Below, piece after piece: positions 10,533 to 22,100 of a DNA stretch of 64,000 nt; position 1 is the first letter of the stretch, and every line of letters starts with the position of its first letter. The position numbers and the translations under genes were made by a program. The notes under the pieces were generated by a model, which saw only the letters and a list, made by a program, of their open reading frames with translations, had not been told where the DNA came from and did no database searches. This stretch comes from Macrostomum lignano. Its lineage: Eukaryota. Where the stretch lies: positions 41,766 through 105,765 of the forward strand of contig NIVC01001990.1 in NCBI GenBank assembly GCA_002269645.1, written 5' to 3'.

Positions 10533-13500
10533 ATGGCATTGGAAAGGTAAGTAGTTTAACTTTTTAATTTATGAAAAAAAGGTTACTTTTTATTTAATTT
10601 TGACTTTGCCAAAATGTTCCAAAGTTATTGAGAATATTAAATACAAGTAAAGAATTTCAAATCTAAAATCACTTTTTTAGTTGCGATATTGGCCTTATTG
10701 GACTTGCTGTCATGGGACAAAATTTGATCCTAAATATGAATGATCATGGATTCAAGGTAAGTTTCAAATTTTGAAACTATAAAGTATAATTGTTTTATTT
10801 ATTTAGGGCCTATATTTCTTTGCCTTTTAATTTGATTCATTTTATTTGATTTAAAATAATAATCAAATAAATCAAATGGCAAATAAATCAAATCTTTTCT
10901 AAAATAATAATCAAATTAAAATAAAAATAATAAAATAATTTGACTACTACTTATTTGTTCCTAGAAATAAAAGTAGCAATAGATCATTTTTATATTTATA
11001 TAGCCAACAAAATAAAAGTAAAAGGTACAGCCCATTTTGGCAAAGGAATTTTTAGCAAAAGATACTTCAGTAAAAGTGAATTTTTAGTTTGTATACATAT
11101 ACATTTTGGCAAAAGAAAGGGACCAGTTTGGCAAAAAGATAGGCTGTTTTTTTATAATTTCAAATATATTACTTTGGTAACCATAGCTTTTAAAAAAATT
11201 ATTCATTGACTGCCTTGCATATATATGCAGTTTGTAAATGTACTTACAACTTGGCTAGTAGCTATGCTATTTATATGCAAAGTGCAATTGATAGATTAGC
11301 CCTAGGGATGATAGTATGGTTTCTTAGTTTTAGTTCCTAAATTATACTTTGAAATTCTGCACTAATAGAATAACATCTAATAAAATAATTTACTAATCAA
11401 ATAATAAAATTGCTATAGAATAAAAAGATATAGTGATAAAATATTATTTTTATCATTGAGATATATTTAATGATTATTAAGGTATCATTGAAAGCAAGAA
11501 GTGTGCTTATATAAGGGGCTGGCTACTTTTCAAGCTCTTCAAATCCAAGTGCCAATGCAAGGGATTCCAGTTGGCATTGAAAGTTAATGGTTCAAAAGCA
11601 ACATACTTTCTACAACTCAAAAATGGACAGGATAGAACTAGAAACCTGGTCATCCCCAAAAAGGCAATCAATCATATGTGTAGTCTGTCAGATAGAGTGT
11701 GCAAAGAGAACAACAGATAAAGAGCTGTTTGTTCTGAAGGGTATAGGTCAATGGCTGCAAGAAAAGTTCTTTCCTATTGTTCTTGCTAATATTCACACAC
11801 ACAGCTGTGAATGCTGTGCAAGGGTGATGGCCAAGTTGTTTGCCAGAATTCGCCTACATCACTGGTGCAATAGTCAGAGGGAGCTCAGCAGAGAAAGTGA
11901 GGGCACATGAAAGGAATGAAAAGAACTGAAGAGAAGAAGCTGATGCAAATTAGTGTTGTTTAACTGCCATTTGAAGTGGTTTTTACATTTGATCCTTAAT
12001 AGGATCTGTTATTACTGCTTTTGCTACTTTTTGCTATAAATTATTCTTTGCTAGTTGATACTACTGGCCATAGCCTTCACAACAAAAGTAGTGTGCATGA
12101 ATTTTAATTTGGCTTTGTGGAAAATGGTTGATTGAGCATTCTGTGTATATTCTATGGCTCCAATTGGTAACTAATATGAGAACTGCAGTCTAGTGGGGAT
12201 TATGAAATAGCTTATCAATCTACCAATCACTTGTGGATTTGTGATGACCAACTGGAGGTCAGTCCTGAGGATGTACTTTTGCTGCATTCAGTACAATTTT
12301 AATCAGTTTTGGAGTTCAAGGCTAAAGTTTACCCAAACCTGTCAAACAGATTTCTGGCATTCATTGGCTGTCAGAGAAAGAGAGCCATTTTGTGTCCTAG
12401 GAATGACGTTTGACTTTAGATTTAAGAAATGCATGCGAAAAATAGTTTCGGGGGTTGGAATTTTGCGGGTTAAAAATCTGCGGGTTTTTTTATTTATCTG
12501 CCATTTCGCCTGCTTAAATTAACTGTTTAAATTTTATTTTCAATCAAAACTAGGTTGGCGTCTTCAATCGAACAGTGTCCAAAGTGGATAGATTCCTGGC
12601 TAATGAGGCCAAAGGCACTCAAGTGGTTGGTGCCCATTCGTTGGAGGAGTTCGTCAAGTTATTGAAAAAACCGCGCGCTGTCATGTTGCTGGTGCAGGCT
12701 GGCAAGCCTGTTGACGACTTTATTGATAGCTTGGTAAGCAGTTCCGATTCTTTACAGGGCTACATCTACCCCTTGTCTATCTGAGCGGGTCTTTACAGGC
12801 TACATCTACCCCTTGTCTACCTGAGCATGTCTTTACAGGCTACATCTACCCCTTGTCTATCTGAGCGGGTCTTTAGAGGCTACATCTACCCCTTGACTAT
12901 CTGAGCGGGTCTTTACAGGCTACATCTACCCCTTGTCTATCTGAGCGGGTCTTTACAGGCTACATCTACCCCTTGACTATCTGAGCGGGTCTTTACAGGC
13001 TACATCTACCCCTTGACTATCTGAGCGGGTCTTTACAGGCTACATCTACCCCTTGACTATCTGAGCGGGTCTTTACAGGCTACATCTACCCCTTGTCTAT
13101 CTGAGCGGGTCTTTACAGGCTACATCTACCCCTTGACTATCTGAGCGGGTCTTTACAGGCTACATCTACCCCTTGACTATCTGAGCGGGTCTTTACAGGC
13201 TACATCTACCCCTTGTCTATCTGAGCGGGTCTTTACAGGCTACAGCTACTACTTGTCTATCTGAGCGGGTCTTTACAGGCTACAGCTACTACTTGTCTAT
13301 CTGAGCGGGTCTTTACAGGCTACAGCTACTACTTGTCTATCTGAGGGATTCCCCTTTATAGCTGCTTTATATACCTTTACTATCTAGGTTTTTATCAAGT
13401 AATCTTTAATTGGTTTAATTTTTACCTGCATAAAATAAGATTAAATATAAAATTCGTTAACTTTTCAGATTCCTTTGCTAGATAAAGGCGATATCATCAT

Positions 13501-15730
13501 TGATGGCGGCAACTCTGAGTTCGATGACTCTACTGTATGTTGCTAAGATGCCAATTTATAATTTTATGCCTATAAATTTTCCTAAAATGTGCGTCTCTCT
13601 GTCTCAATAAATATTTATAGCGACGTTTCGAGCGCTGCCAAGCCGCCGGTCTGCTATTTGTCGGCTCCGGTGTGTCCGGCGGCGAGGAGGGCGCCAGACA
13701 CGGCCCCTCGCTGATGCCCGGCGGTCATCCGGACGCCTGGCCGAGAATTCGGCCAATCTTCCAGGCCGTGTGCGCTAAAGTGGACGGCCAGCCCTGCTGC
13801 GACTGGGTCGGCGAGGGCGGCGCCGGACACTTCGTTAAGATGGTTAGTCGGACTGGTTAAGGCTCTGTTGAGATCTGTGTCTGAGTGCAGGGGGTCTGTA
13901 TGTATGACTGCTAGGTCTGTGTTTGTGTGAGTGCTGGGTCTGTGTTTGTGTGAGTGCTAGGTCTGTGTTTGTGTGAGTGCTAGGTCTGTGTTTGTGTGAG
14001 TGCTAGGTCTGTGTTTGTGTGAGTGCTAGGTCTGTGTTTGTGTGAGTGCTAGGTCTGTGTTTGTATGACTGCTAGGTCTGTGTTTGTGTGAGTGCTAGGT
14101 CTGTGTTTGTGTGAGTGCTAGGTCTGTGTTTGTGTGAGTGCTAGGTCTGTGTTTGTGTGAGTGCTAGGTCTGTGTTTGTGTGAGTGCTAGGTCTTTGCTG
14201 GGTCTGTTTCACCTGGATGCTCAGATAGTGCTGGTCCAGTGTGACTTGGGTGCTCAGATAATGCTGGTCCAGTGTGACTTGGGTGCTCAGATAGTGCTGG
14301 TCCAGTGTGACTTGGGTGCTCAGATAGTGCTGGTCCAGTGTGACTTGGGTGCTCAGATAGTGCTGGCAGTGCTAGTCCTGTGTACTTATTGACACAAGTG
14401 TAGATTCGAAAAAAATTCCAACCTCATCAGGTACACAACGGCATTGAGTATGGTGACATGCAGCTCATCTGCGAAGCTTACCACCTGATGAAGGAGGTCT
14501 GCGGGCTCAGCAACGACGAAATGGCCGATGTGTTCACCCGTTGGAACAATGGCGATCTGAATTCGTTTCTGATTGAGATCACGGCCGACATTCTGCGGCA
14601 TCGTGACGATGACGGCAAGCACACCGTGGACAAGATTCTGGACTGTGCCGGACAAAAGGGAACTGGTCAGTGGGGCTGGTCTTCTAATCGCTGGGGCGAT
14701 TTTCTAATCGCTGGGGCGATTTTCTAATCGCTGGGGCGATTTTCTAATCGCTGAGGCAATTTTCTAATCGCTGGGGCGATTTTCTAATCGCTGGGGCGAT
14801 TTTCTAATCGCTGGGGCGATTTTCTAATCGCTGGGGCGATTTTCTAATCGCTGGGGCGATTTTCTAATCGCTGGGGCGATTTTCTAATCGCTGGGGCGAT
14901 TTTCTAATCGCTGGGTCGATTTTCCAATTGCTGGGGTGATTTTTCCTATTGCTGAGGTTATTTTCTAATTGCTGAGTCAATTCTTTTAATTGCTGTAGCG
15001 ATTTTTTAATATTGCGCTACCCGAAGCGATTTACACTGAGAATCCTCGCCACCCGTCCCGCGCAGGCAAGTGGACAGTTGTCACCAGTCTGCACGCGGGC
15101 ACACCGTTGACACTCATCGCCGAGGCCGTCTTCGCTCGCCACTTGAGCCGCTATAAGGCCGAACGACAGCGCGCGGCCGCCACCCTGCCCGGACCGTCCG
15201 CTGCACCGCCTCGGCCAGCTGATCCGGCCGCGTTCATCGAAGACATTCACCAGGCGCTGTACGCCTCCAAGATTGTCAGCTACGCCCAGGGCTACATGCT
15301 GATGCAGACGCAATCAGCTCAGACTGGCTGGAAGCTCAACCTAGGCGGCATCGCTTTGATGTGGCGCGGAGGCTGCATTATTCGCAGCCAGTTCCTTGGC
15401 CGCATCAAGACCGCATTCGAGCGCAATCCCGAGCTGGATAGTCTGCTGCTCGATCCATTCTTCTCAGGCGTCATGCGCCAGGCTAACGACGGCTGGCGGC
15501 GCTGTCTGGCCGCGGCCGTCACCGCCGGCGTGCCCTGTCCGGCGTTCTCGGCCGCGCTCAGCTTCTACGACGGCTTCCGCTGCGGCCGGCTGCCGGCCAG
15601 CCTGTTGCAGGCGCAACGCGACTATTTTGGCGCTCACCAGTACGAGCTGATGGACCAGCCTGGCAAGTTCGTGCACACCAACTGGACCGGCCGGGGCGGC
15701 CAGGTGGCCTCGTCCACCTATCAGGCTTGA
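10533..15730 (+). CDS. PGD: 6-phosphogluconate dehydrogenase, decarboxylating. Exons 10533-10546, 10681-10756, 12554-12733, 13469-13534, 13621-13842, 14431-14665, 15066-15730
   Basis: [96 protein letters not shown] and [10 protein letters not shown]. All junctions are GT-AG and in phase. Confidence 0.98.
11499..11885 (+). mobile_element. P-element/THAP9-like transposase C-terminal relic in PGD intron 2
   Basis: [19 protein letters not shown]...[20 protein letters not shown], then after a frameshift [13 protein letters not shown], resembling the YIAG...C..C and IR.HH motifs. Confidence 0.5.
12757..13345. repeat. 40-bp minisatellite in PGD intron 3 (CTTTACAGGCTACATCTACCCCTTGTCTATCTGAGCGGGT)
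   Basis: About 15 units starting about 20 nt after the donor. Confidence 0.97.
13908..14370. repeat. Two adjacent minisatellites (23-bp then 33-bp units) in PGD intron 5
   Basis: TGCTAGGTCTGTGTTTGTGTGAG about 12 units; GTGCTCAGATAGTGCTGGTCCAGTGTGACTTGG about 4.5 units. Confidence 0.95.
14682..15010. repeat. 20-bp minisatellite (CTGGGGCGATTTTCTAATCG) in PGD intron 6, decaying toward the 3' end
   Basis: Direct observation. Confidence 0.95.
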
Positions 15731-15977
15731 GACACTCGCGTTGGCGGCTGGGTGTAAAACTACTGAGAATAGCGCTATCTGGTTGTCTGACGGGAGCTGT
15801 CTTTCGGCTTGAAACTGATAGGATCAGAGTTCAGAATTGTCTTTTTAATTTCCCCTTCTCTTTAGTTTTTTAGTTTCTTTCCCGCACTCTTCATTTTTGG
15901 GATCGGGGAATTCCACTTAGAAAGTGGGATACATGAAAATTCTTGCATACGAGTAATTAAAGGGAAGATCCGTTCTT

Positions 15978-17150
15978 ATCAATGGAAAATTCCATTAGCA
16001 CCGATGGAAAATTCCATTAGCACCGATGGAAAATTCCATATTAGCATCATTGGGAAATTCCATATTAGCACCGATGGAAAATTCCATATTAGCATCAATA
16101 GAAAATTCCATATTAGCATCAATGGAAAATTCCATATTAGCATCAATGGAAAATTCCATATTAGCATCAATGGAAAATTCCATATTAGCATCAATAGAAA
16201 ATTCCATATTAGCATCAATGGAAAATTCCATATTAGCATCAATGGAAAATTCCATATTAGCATCAATAGAAAATTCCATATTAGCATCAATGGAAAATTC
16301 CATATTAGCATCAATGGAAAATTCCATATTAGCATCAATGGAAAATTCCATATTAGCATCAATGGAAAATTCCATATTAGCATCAATAGAAAATTCCATA
16401 TTAGCATCAATGGAAAATTCCATTAAATAACATCATTGGGAAATTCCTTTGGCATGATTGGGAAATTCCATTAGTATGATTGGGAATTCCATTAGCATGA
16501 TTGGGAATTCCATTAGTATCATTGGGAAATTCCATTAGCATGATTGGGAATTCCATTAGCATCATTGGGAAATTCCTATAGCATCATTGGGAAATTCCTA
16601 TAGCATCATTGGGAAATTCCTATAGCATCATTGGGAAATTCCTATAGCATCATTGGGAAATTCCTATAGCATCATTGGGAAATTCCTATAGCATCATTGG
16701 GAAATTCCATTAGCATCATTGGGAAATTCCATTAGCATCATTGGGAAATTCCATTAGCATCATTGGGAAATTCCTATAGCATCATTGGGAAATTCCTATA
16801 GCATCATTGGGAAATTCCTATAGCATCATTGGGAAATTCCTATAGCATCATTGGGAAATTCCTATAGCATCATTGGGAAATTCCTATAGCATCATTGGGA
16901 AATTCCTATAGCATCATTGGGAAATTCCATTAGCATCATTGGGAAATTCCATTAGCATCATTGGGAAATTCCTATAGCATCATTGGGAAATTCCTATAGC
17001 ATCATTGGGAAATTCCTATAGCATCATTGGGAAATTCCTATAGCATCATTGGGAAATTCCTATAGCATCATTGGGAAATTCCTATAGCATCATTGGGAAA
17101 TTCCTATAGCATCATTGGGAAATTCCATTAGCATGATTGGGAAATTCCTA
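15978..17150. repeat. Compound minisatellite 3' of PGD: 24-bp (GGAAAATTCCATATTAGCATCAAT) grading into 22-bp (GGGAAATTCCTATAGCATCATT)
   Basis: Direct observation; explains ORFs 15979-16430. Confidence 0.97.
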
Positions 17151-18499
17151 TATTCCATACACGCAATTACTTGCACAAAGATCAGGGATCAGATTGCATC
17201 TGGCAATACGTAGCGGTCATACTTGAGCATCGAGTTTTCTTTCTTGAGTGCTTTTTTAAGCCCCATATTTTTAATCTACCAACTTTAATAACGCCTTTTT
17301 AACCTGTTCTATATGACTAATTTTTTATTTATCGATAATATTACAAGTATTATTTGATATTTATAAAGAAATTAAAATTAGCTTTCATAAGTCCCTAAGT
17401 TTTTTGCCGCTTTTTTAGTGGTTTAGGCTTAGGCAATGGCTTTCCTGTATTGATTTTGTAATGGCTAAATTTTCTAACGCTTTAGTTGTAGAGCCATGGT
17501 GAATTATAAATATTAAATTGTCAAGTAGCTTTACTTAGATTGAACTATTAGAAAAAATTTTTATTGTAATGTGTCTCGTAAATTGCATTCTATACATGTA
17601 ATTTGTTAGCCACTATCAATCATTCTGCTATTTTTGTTTTAGGTTTGTTTAACTGCGCCATCTGTCCCCTCCCTAATGCTCCACTAGAGTTGATTTCGGT
17701 AAATCTGGTTGATATTAGTTGATCCTATAGAAACATTCTGCAATCTGTCTATTCAGTTTAACAAAAAGTCTCAATTGTTTTTTTTGTTATTATCTATTGG
17801 AGTGTAGAAACGTTCAGGGGCGGAGATGAGAGCGCTGATGTTTATTTGACAATTAGAATTCGCTAGGCTGTTTGATTTAGCAAAAACGCATTATATATGT
17901 AGTCTGTAGGCATACTTTACCTTAGTGATTAGAAAGCCAAAACAGGGTTTATCAGCACTGGTTTCTGTTTTACTGTACTGTATCAATGATTTTCGATACG
18001 CAACTAAAAAAAGCTATACGAAATATACAAAACTCTTCTAGAGATTTCGATAACTATTTTCAATTATTTAGTAAAGTTTAGTAAGAAAAAAATCTAACTT
18101 ATTTATTGTTCATTTGAATTTTTGTTGTTGAAATAAGATGCAAGTTAATTTTATTATTAACAAAGGCTAGCGGTAGGGACCAGGTGTGGCCTAGAGACTT
18201 TATATGTCCATGTCAATATTGATATTAGTATTACTCGTATATAATTATTGCTCTTTCAATTATAGACTTCTGTTTACTTTTACACCTTGAATCATACCCA
18301 ACATCTGCGGTGTTGAATATTAGAAATCCTGGACCATCCCCTCATCCTGCAGTTGGCCAAGTTCAAATATTGAATGTCGCCCAGCCGCGGTGTCAGGCTC
18401 GTCACGGGTTTAAAGTTCATTGGACATTGGCAAACCGTATTGATTTGATTTTTCTAATGACAGGCTGGAAATGTCCCGCACCGGCTGACTGATGGTCCT

Positions 18500-18925
18500 T
18501 TTCCTCTCACCTCTCCCTCTCACTCTCCCTCTTACTCTCACTCTTACTCTCCCTCTTACTCTCACTCTTACTCTCACTTCTCACTCTCCCTCTCACTCTC
18601 CCTCTCACTCTGCCTCTCACTCTCCCTCTCACTCTGCCTCTCACTCTCACTCTCACTCTCACTCTCCCTCTCACTCTGCCTCTCACTCTGCCTCTCACTC
18701 TCCCTCTCACTCTGCCTCTCACTCTCACTCTCACTCTCACTCTCCCTCTCACTCTCCCTCTCACTCTCTCTTCCACCTCTCTCTAACTCTCTATCTCTCG
18801 CTCTCGCTCTGCCTCTCAATCTCCCTCTCGCTCTCCCTCTCACTCTTACTCTCGCTGTCCTTCTCATTTCCCCTTCCCTCCCCTCCTTTTCTCCCCTGTT
18901 TTCTCTTTTCTTTCCCCCCTCCTCT
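18500..18925. repeat. CT-rich simple repeat (CTCACT/CTCCCT units)
   Basis: Direct observation. Confidence 0.9.
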
Positions 18926-19395
18926 GTAAATTTCATCTCTGAGGCCCTCGTACTACCATATAGCTCTGTTGCCTGTTCCGCCGGCGCGGTAAACCTTAGA
19001 GCTGCCTTGAACCCCTATGTCGGCTTGTGAGTCAAGCTTAGAGAAAGTTCACCATGCAGCCATTCCTGCACACAGAATAGAGGCGATGCAGGTGTGTAGC
19101 AACAGATCTTTTAGCTCGTGTCTTGAGCCTGGTCAGTCTCATGCTACGCAGGCGTGCTGAGGTTCTGGCTCCCTTCTAAAAACACGGACCCCATGAAAAA
19201 TCGACACTATAACTGTACATTAAGACTAAATAAGGCTCTGAGAGTCACTCAGATGAAAAGCTGTTAAAGCGTTGGCCGTTCACTTTGATTTTATCAATGC
19301 GTCTGGGTGAAATCTCTATAAATTGGCTGTTTCTGAATATAATCGTGGATAGTCACTTCTGCAGTTGTGGCAGTCTGTTTTCTCAGCTTATCGAT

Positions 19396-19758
19396 TTTTT
19401 TGATTAGAGGCAGGGGGGTTGTGTGCACCCTGGCGCACTTTAAGCGACATAGGCACACAACCGGCGAGAGGCATTACTGCCCATTCCGCCGACTTCCCTG
19501 AGCAGGCACACAAGCGCGCGGATACGTACGCAGGCACACACTCACACAGGAGTGTACAGCGGCCCTAACTTTATATTATCGTTAGGCATGTACACTTCAC
19601 TGCGCCTTGGGGGGTTGGCTCTCAAGGCCGTTAATTGCACGAGCAGAGCCAAGCCGAGATTCCAATTCAGCCCCAAATTAATGTGACTGCACTTGGAATC
19701 GAGCCTGAGTCGCTGGCACACCAGAGCAGCTGGGCTAACGCTGGGCTACGGCCCCCCT
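19396..19758 (-). mobile_element. tRNA-derived SINE, full length, with 13-bp TSD
   Basis: Head GGGGGCCGTAGCCCAGCGTT (A box) and GGCTCGATTCC (B box), A-rich tail, and TSD TCAGCTTATCGAT at 19383-19395 and 19759-19771. Confidence 0.8.
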
Positions 19759-20047
19759 TCAGCTTATCGATAGGGGGTTGAGTGAATTTTTAACCCTAGC
19801 CTATAAGCAGTTTGCAAACTGCATGTACATTTAGTAGGTACAGTACATGTACATGTGCATAGTGCTTATTGCGGTGGCGAATACAATGAGGCTTAAGCTT
19901 GGGTAAATGATGTAACACAAAGTTTTGGGTCGTCAATGAAAGCTATAATATTTTACGCTCGTGTATACCAAGAGTAAAGCGTCATGTTTTGGAGAATCGA
20001 TCCAATATATCAGACAACCAAAGGACTCTCTCTCTCTCTCACCTGCA

Positions 20048-20821
20048 ATGGATCGAACCATGCATTGGCTGCTTGACCAGCAGCTCTGCCGCAGTCCCAA
20101 TGGCCACATACACGTGGGCCTGAGCTCCAGCAATCGGCGTCTGTTGCGACCGAACGGACAGCCGGTGTTCCCGACCAACGGTTGCCTCGAGCCGGTGCTG
20201 ATTAATGTGTACGACCTGCACTGGACCAACCGCATGACCAAGCGGCTTCGGCTGGCCGCCTACCACACCGGCCTGGAGGTCTACGGCGTTGAGATTGCCT
20301 ACGGCGACTGCGGCGTCTACAGAATCAAGCCGAAAGACGTCAACTCAATGGAGTGCGATATGGTGTTTAAGAAGTCCGTGCAACTGGGCTGCACCGACTA
20401 CAAGAGAGAAGACGTGCTTCTAATTAGCCAGTGGCTCGGTCAGACTTTGTTTACCGGACGGATGTACGACTTGCTGCGACGGAACTGCAACCACTTCAGC
20501 GCTACCATGGGCAAGCTGCTGTGCCCGCAGGCCGAGTTTCCCAAGTGGATCAACTCCCTGGCCAGCATTGGCGTCCGGCTGCCCTTTATTGAACGACGAG
20601 TTCGACGCTATCTCAGCGAATGCAGCGACGATGAAGACGGCGACGAGGCGGGAAAGAAGGCCGGAAACGAGTCGACGAACGCAACGACAATCGAAGAGGA
20701 AAAGGGCAACAAGCGGCGAGGCCTGAGGGAGATCTGTGCTAATCTGTCGCGATGCAGCAGCAGTGGACAGCAACAGGGCAATGCCGACCGTGTTGAATGC
20801 GACAAGAAGCAAAGCAAATAG
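20048..20821 (+). CDS. DESI2: PPPDE/DeSI family deSUMOylating isopeptidase (DESI2-like), CDS without introns
   Basis: PVLINVYDL, AYHTGLEVYGVEIAYG (catalytic His), YDLLRRNCNHFS (catalytic Cys) and FPKWINSLA. First ATG is at 20048. Confidence 0.88.
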   Translation: MDRTMHWLLDQQLCRSPNGHIHVGLSSSNRRLLRPNGQPVFPTNGCLEPVLINVYDLHWTNRMTKRLRLAAYHTGLEVYGVEIAYGDCGVYRIKPKDVNSMECDMVFKKSVQLGCTDYKREDVLLISQWLGQTLFTGRMYDLLRRNCNHFSATMGKLLCPQAEFPKWINSLASIGVRLPFIERRVRRYLSECSDDEDGDEAGKKAGNESTNATTIEEEKGNKRRGLREICANLSRCSSSGQQQGNADRVECDKKQSK

Positions 20822-21240
20822 GGCCGGCAATTCTGCAGATTCTTCTGCTCGTATGGAATCGAAACGAAATTAAGATTTGCCGAAACTTAATAAATCTAAG
20901 ACTCGCATGGGTTTTAATGAGTTCGTTTAGTAAATGCATTTTAAATCCTAGAAGATCCGAGAGAAATGCATTATAAGAGAGAGACAATCAATTGTTTTAT
21001 ATTGCCATTTATATAGCGGGATAGCTATGCCAATTTTTATTAAGAATGTCTTTTATCAACCCTTTTTCGCCATCGGTTCACCATATTTTATAGATTTTCG
21101 CGTAAATATAAACTTGATTTGGTGCAACATTTGCTTTCCCATTATATAATTTAAATTAATGATAACCTGAATGAATGCATGTGCGGATCGTCAAACGCGT
21201 GTATGTACGCGAAATTTAGTGTGAATAGGACTTTCAAATA

Positions 21241-22100
21241 GATGTCAAGGCTTAGTAGGGGAATTTCTGAGATGTCAAGACTTGCTGAGGGAATTTCTGA
21301 GATGTCAAGGCTTAGTAGGGGAATTTCTGAGATGTCAAGACTTGCTGAGGGAATTTCTGAGATGTCAAGGCTTAGTAGGGGAATTTCTGAGATGTCAAGA
21401 CTTGCTGAGGGAATTTCTGAGATGTCAAGGCTTAGTAGGGGAATTTCTGAGATGTCAAGACTTGCTGAGGGAATTGCTGAGATGTCAAGGCTTGCTTGGG
21501 GAATTGCTGAGATGTCAAGGCTTACTAGGGGAATTGCTGCGATGTCAAAGCTTACTATAGGGGAATTGCTGAGATGTCAAGTCTTGCTGAGGCCGAGGGA
21601 ATTGCTGAGATGTCAGGGCTTGCTGGGGGAATTGCTGAGATGTCAAGACTTGCTGAGGGAATTGCTGACATGTCAAAACATGCTGAGGGAATTTCTGAGA
21701 TGTCAAGACATGCTGAGGGAATTTGAGATGTCAAGACTTGCTGAGGGAATTTCTGAGATGTCAAAACATGCTGAGGGAATTGCTGAGATGTCAAGACTTG
21801 CTGAGGGAATTGCTGAGCTGTCAGGGTTGCTAGCTGTGGGAATTGCTGGGATATCAAGGCTTGCTGGGGGAATTGCTGAGATGTCAATAATTGCTGAGGG
21901 AATTGCTGAGATGTCAGGGCTTGCTGTGGGAATTGCTGGGATATCAAGGCTTGCTGGGGGAATTGCTGAGATGTCAAGACTTGCTGAGGGAATTGCTGAG
22001 ATGCCAGGGCTTGCTGTGGGAATTGCTGGGATATCAAGGCTTGCTGGGGGAATTGCTGAGATATCAAGGCTTAGGTGGGATCGCTGAGATGTCAAGGCTA
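21241..22100. repeat. About 30-bp minisatellite (GGGAATTGCTGAGATGTCAAGRCTTGCT) with a 60-bp dimer at its start, downstream of the DeSI gene
   Basis: Direct observation. Confidence 0.95.
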
